A DNA stretch of 62,379 nucleotides, counting the filler, from Globobulimina sp. (Eukaryota): assembly GCA_003354225.1 (NCBI GenBank). It is 34 parts of 34 records of this genome, joined end to end, with 100 filler letters (N's around TTAATTAATTAA, not from the genome) between each part and the next. Parts side by side here need not be neighbours in the genome. Positions count along the whole stretch, not along the records: positions 60,644 to 62,379 come from PIVH01012542.1; 33 more parts are not named here. One strand, written 5' to 3'. Of the stretch, positions 60,646 to 62,379 are shown piece by piece; within the stretch, counting starts at the first letter, position 1; the number at the start of each line of letters is the position of its first letter. The notes beneath the pieces are model-generated. The model ran no database searches, was not told the DNA's origin, and saw only the letters and a program-made list of their open reading frames with translations. A program made the translations under genes and the position numbers.

Positions 60646-62379
60646 CAGATGGGGGAATGTCAAATTGGTGTGAAAGATATAATTGGAGTGGATGGACATC
60701 TAGTAAAGGTAAAAGAACTTGATACACCATATGTATGTACTTCATTGTTCGCTCATGTTATAGCCATATTAGAACAAATGTTAATTGCTGCTAAGAATGT
60801 TAATAAAACATCATCTTTTTTAGATACATTACTGCAACAACTGGAAGCAGTGACAAAAGCCAAATTGGAAGCAGAAACTGTGTTGAAACATCAAACTCAG
60901 ATAAACAGACAAATAATATTATTTTCAGATTGTGCAGTACAAACTAATCAATTGGGTGATTCTGATTATGGTATTATGATACAGAATCGATCAAGTACAT
61001 CAGTACTTCCATGCAATGGCCTTCAGTCATTTGAAGCTAGTGGCTCTGTGTCTTTATGTGACTTGCCATTCTCAGTGAAACAAGAAAAGCCTACTGAGAC
61101 AGTAAAGGTAACAATGTTTAATGCAATAACTGTGTTACAGGCAGACAATGATGCAATAGAACAACAGATGGGGGAATGTCAAATTGGTGTGAAAGATATA
61201 ATTGGAGTGGATGGACATCTAGTAAAGGTAAAAGAACTTGATACACCATATGTATGTACTTATAGGCTTGACACTGATACTACACCTATACTATATACTG
61301 AGCAGAACAGTGACAATATTACATACAGTCCTAGTGAAATGAGTGAAGGTATTGCTATTGATGTGCCCCCAGAAACATTGTTTCCTGAATGTTCAAGTAT
61401 GCCAGCACATGACATGCCTTTGACAAGTTTACATCTGAAGGTGAGTGATTGTATTAGTGTTCAGGACATCATACACAGTACCACAATAAATCCTGAAGTG
61501 TGTCAACCTGTTGAAGGTCTGGTAAACCAAGTACTGAGTCATGTTGATAACCCTGTGCAATATAATACAAATGTAACACAGACAGTTTGCTCATTGTGTG
61601 AAACAACAATGCAACATACAGAGAACCATACATTACAGCTAGAACAAAATGTAGAGGCACAATTAGAGTCACAAAAACAAATGCATGACATACAAATACA
61701 TAAATATCTGGATACAGCCAAAAGTACAACAAGTACACAAACAACACAGCAACAGGTAATGCAATACGAGCAGACACAAATTATGCAAGTAATGGTACAA
61801 CAATACAAACAGACAGCAAACCAACTTATTGCTGCTTATTTGTGCCAATTGGAAAGCAAATATTGTACTGCAGGACATCATGTAACAGTAACAGTCAATC
61901 AAGAGTTATTATTGTTGTTATGGAAGGAAGGAGGACCGCAACCATATTATTACGACAAAAGGAGGAATTTGTTTGTATTTAGAATAGAACTGCCTTTTGA
62001 GAAGTTATGTAATCATTTAGGGGTTGTTGATCAAATTCTTGGCTCTGATGATTGGAATAGCCTGTCAGAAGAGTTTGTTAATGTATCTCATAGGCCATGT
62101 CTAATGACCAATCAAGGTCTTTCTGATGTTATAAAGCCACATTTAATTTTTGAAATATCTGTTAATATAGTAAAATTATCAACTGTTAATAAAGTTATTA
62201 TCCCATTTTATATACCAGTGCATAGTACAATTGATGAGTGTAGTACAACTAATAAATCTGTACCCCTTCAAAATGTATTGGCATTTGTTAATAAATTGGT
62301 GATTAGAATGACACACAAAACATCAGACAAGTCAGTGTGGACAAGGTTTCTAACAATGACGGAATGGGATTACGAATTA
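60646..62379 (+). CDS. 578-codon open frame absent from the ORF track; unknown product, partial at both ends
   Basis: Manual translation QMGECQIGVKDIIG...FLTMTEWDYEL has no stop; 99-bp in-frame exact repeat at 60644 and 61163. Confidence 0.65.

Noticed and set aside
1-62379. Apparent gene clusters across contigs (e.g. RGS + GPCR + channel)
   Set aside because: Contigs are ordered by length and unlinked, and may come from more than one organism.
1-62379. Ciliate-type stop-codon reassignment
   Set aside because: Long conserved ORFs read in the standard code and end at TAA, TAG or TGA; breaks are explained by introns or frameshifts.

Overview
This window is not one locus. It is 34 unlinked contigs of about 1736-1739 bp, sorted by length and joined by artificial 100-bp spacers (44 N + TTAATTAATTAA + 44 N), so neighbourhood across spacers means nothing and most genes are partial. 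The DNA is AT-rich, eukaryotic, uses the standard code and has short GT-AG introns. The gene-family mix (TPR, SAM, MATH, 7TM-RGS, cAMP-receptor-like GPCR, PPR-SMR, Cys-less pentameric channel) suggests a rhizarian or foraminiferan protist; this is inference from motif recognition only. Recognisable products include HMG-CoA synthase, FANCM/Mph1, an SMG1-like PIKK, glutamine synthetase, a multicopper oxidase, a DUSP, a DHHC-like protein and a Ras-like protein. Mobile-element pieces include Penelope-like, PIF/Harbinger, piggyBac, Crypton-like tyrosine recombinase, foldback MITE, a possible LTR tail and a TIR element carrying HTH + Ulp1 remnants. The most unusual signals are: (1) a 724-bp CCDC180-like coding fragment inserted antisense, between 5-bp direct repeats, inside an SMG1-like intron; (2) a TG...CA TIR element with HTH and SUMO-protease remnants; (3) a pentameric channel fused to a DUF3506-like domain with His-rich segments; (4) a FANCM intron bounded by an 11-bp direct repeat that supplies both splice sites; (5) recurrent 'one base missing' frameshifts; (6) a CpG-depleted 578-codon open frame missed by the ORF track. 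No rRNA, tRNA or CRISPR array was found.
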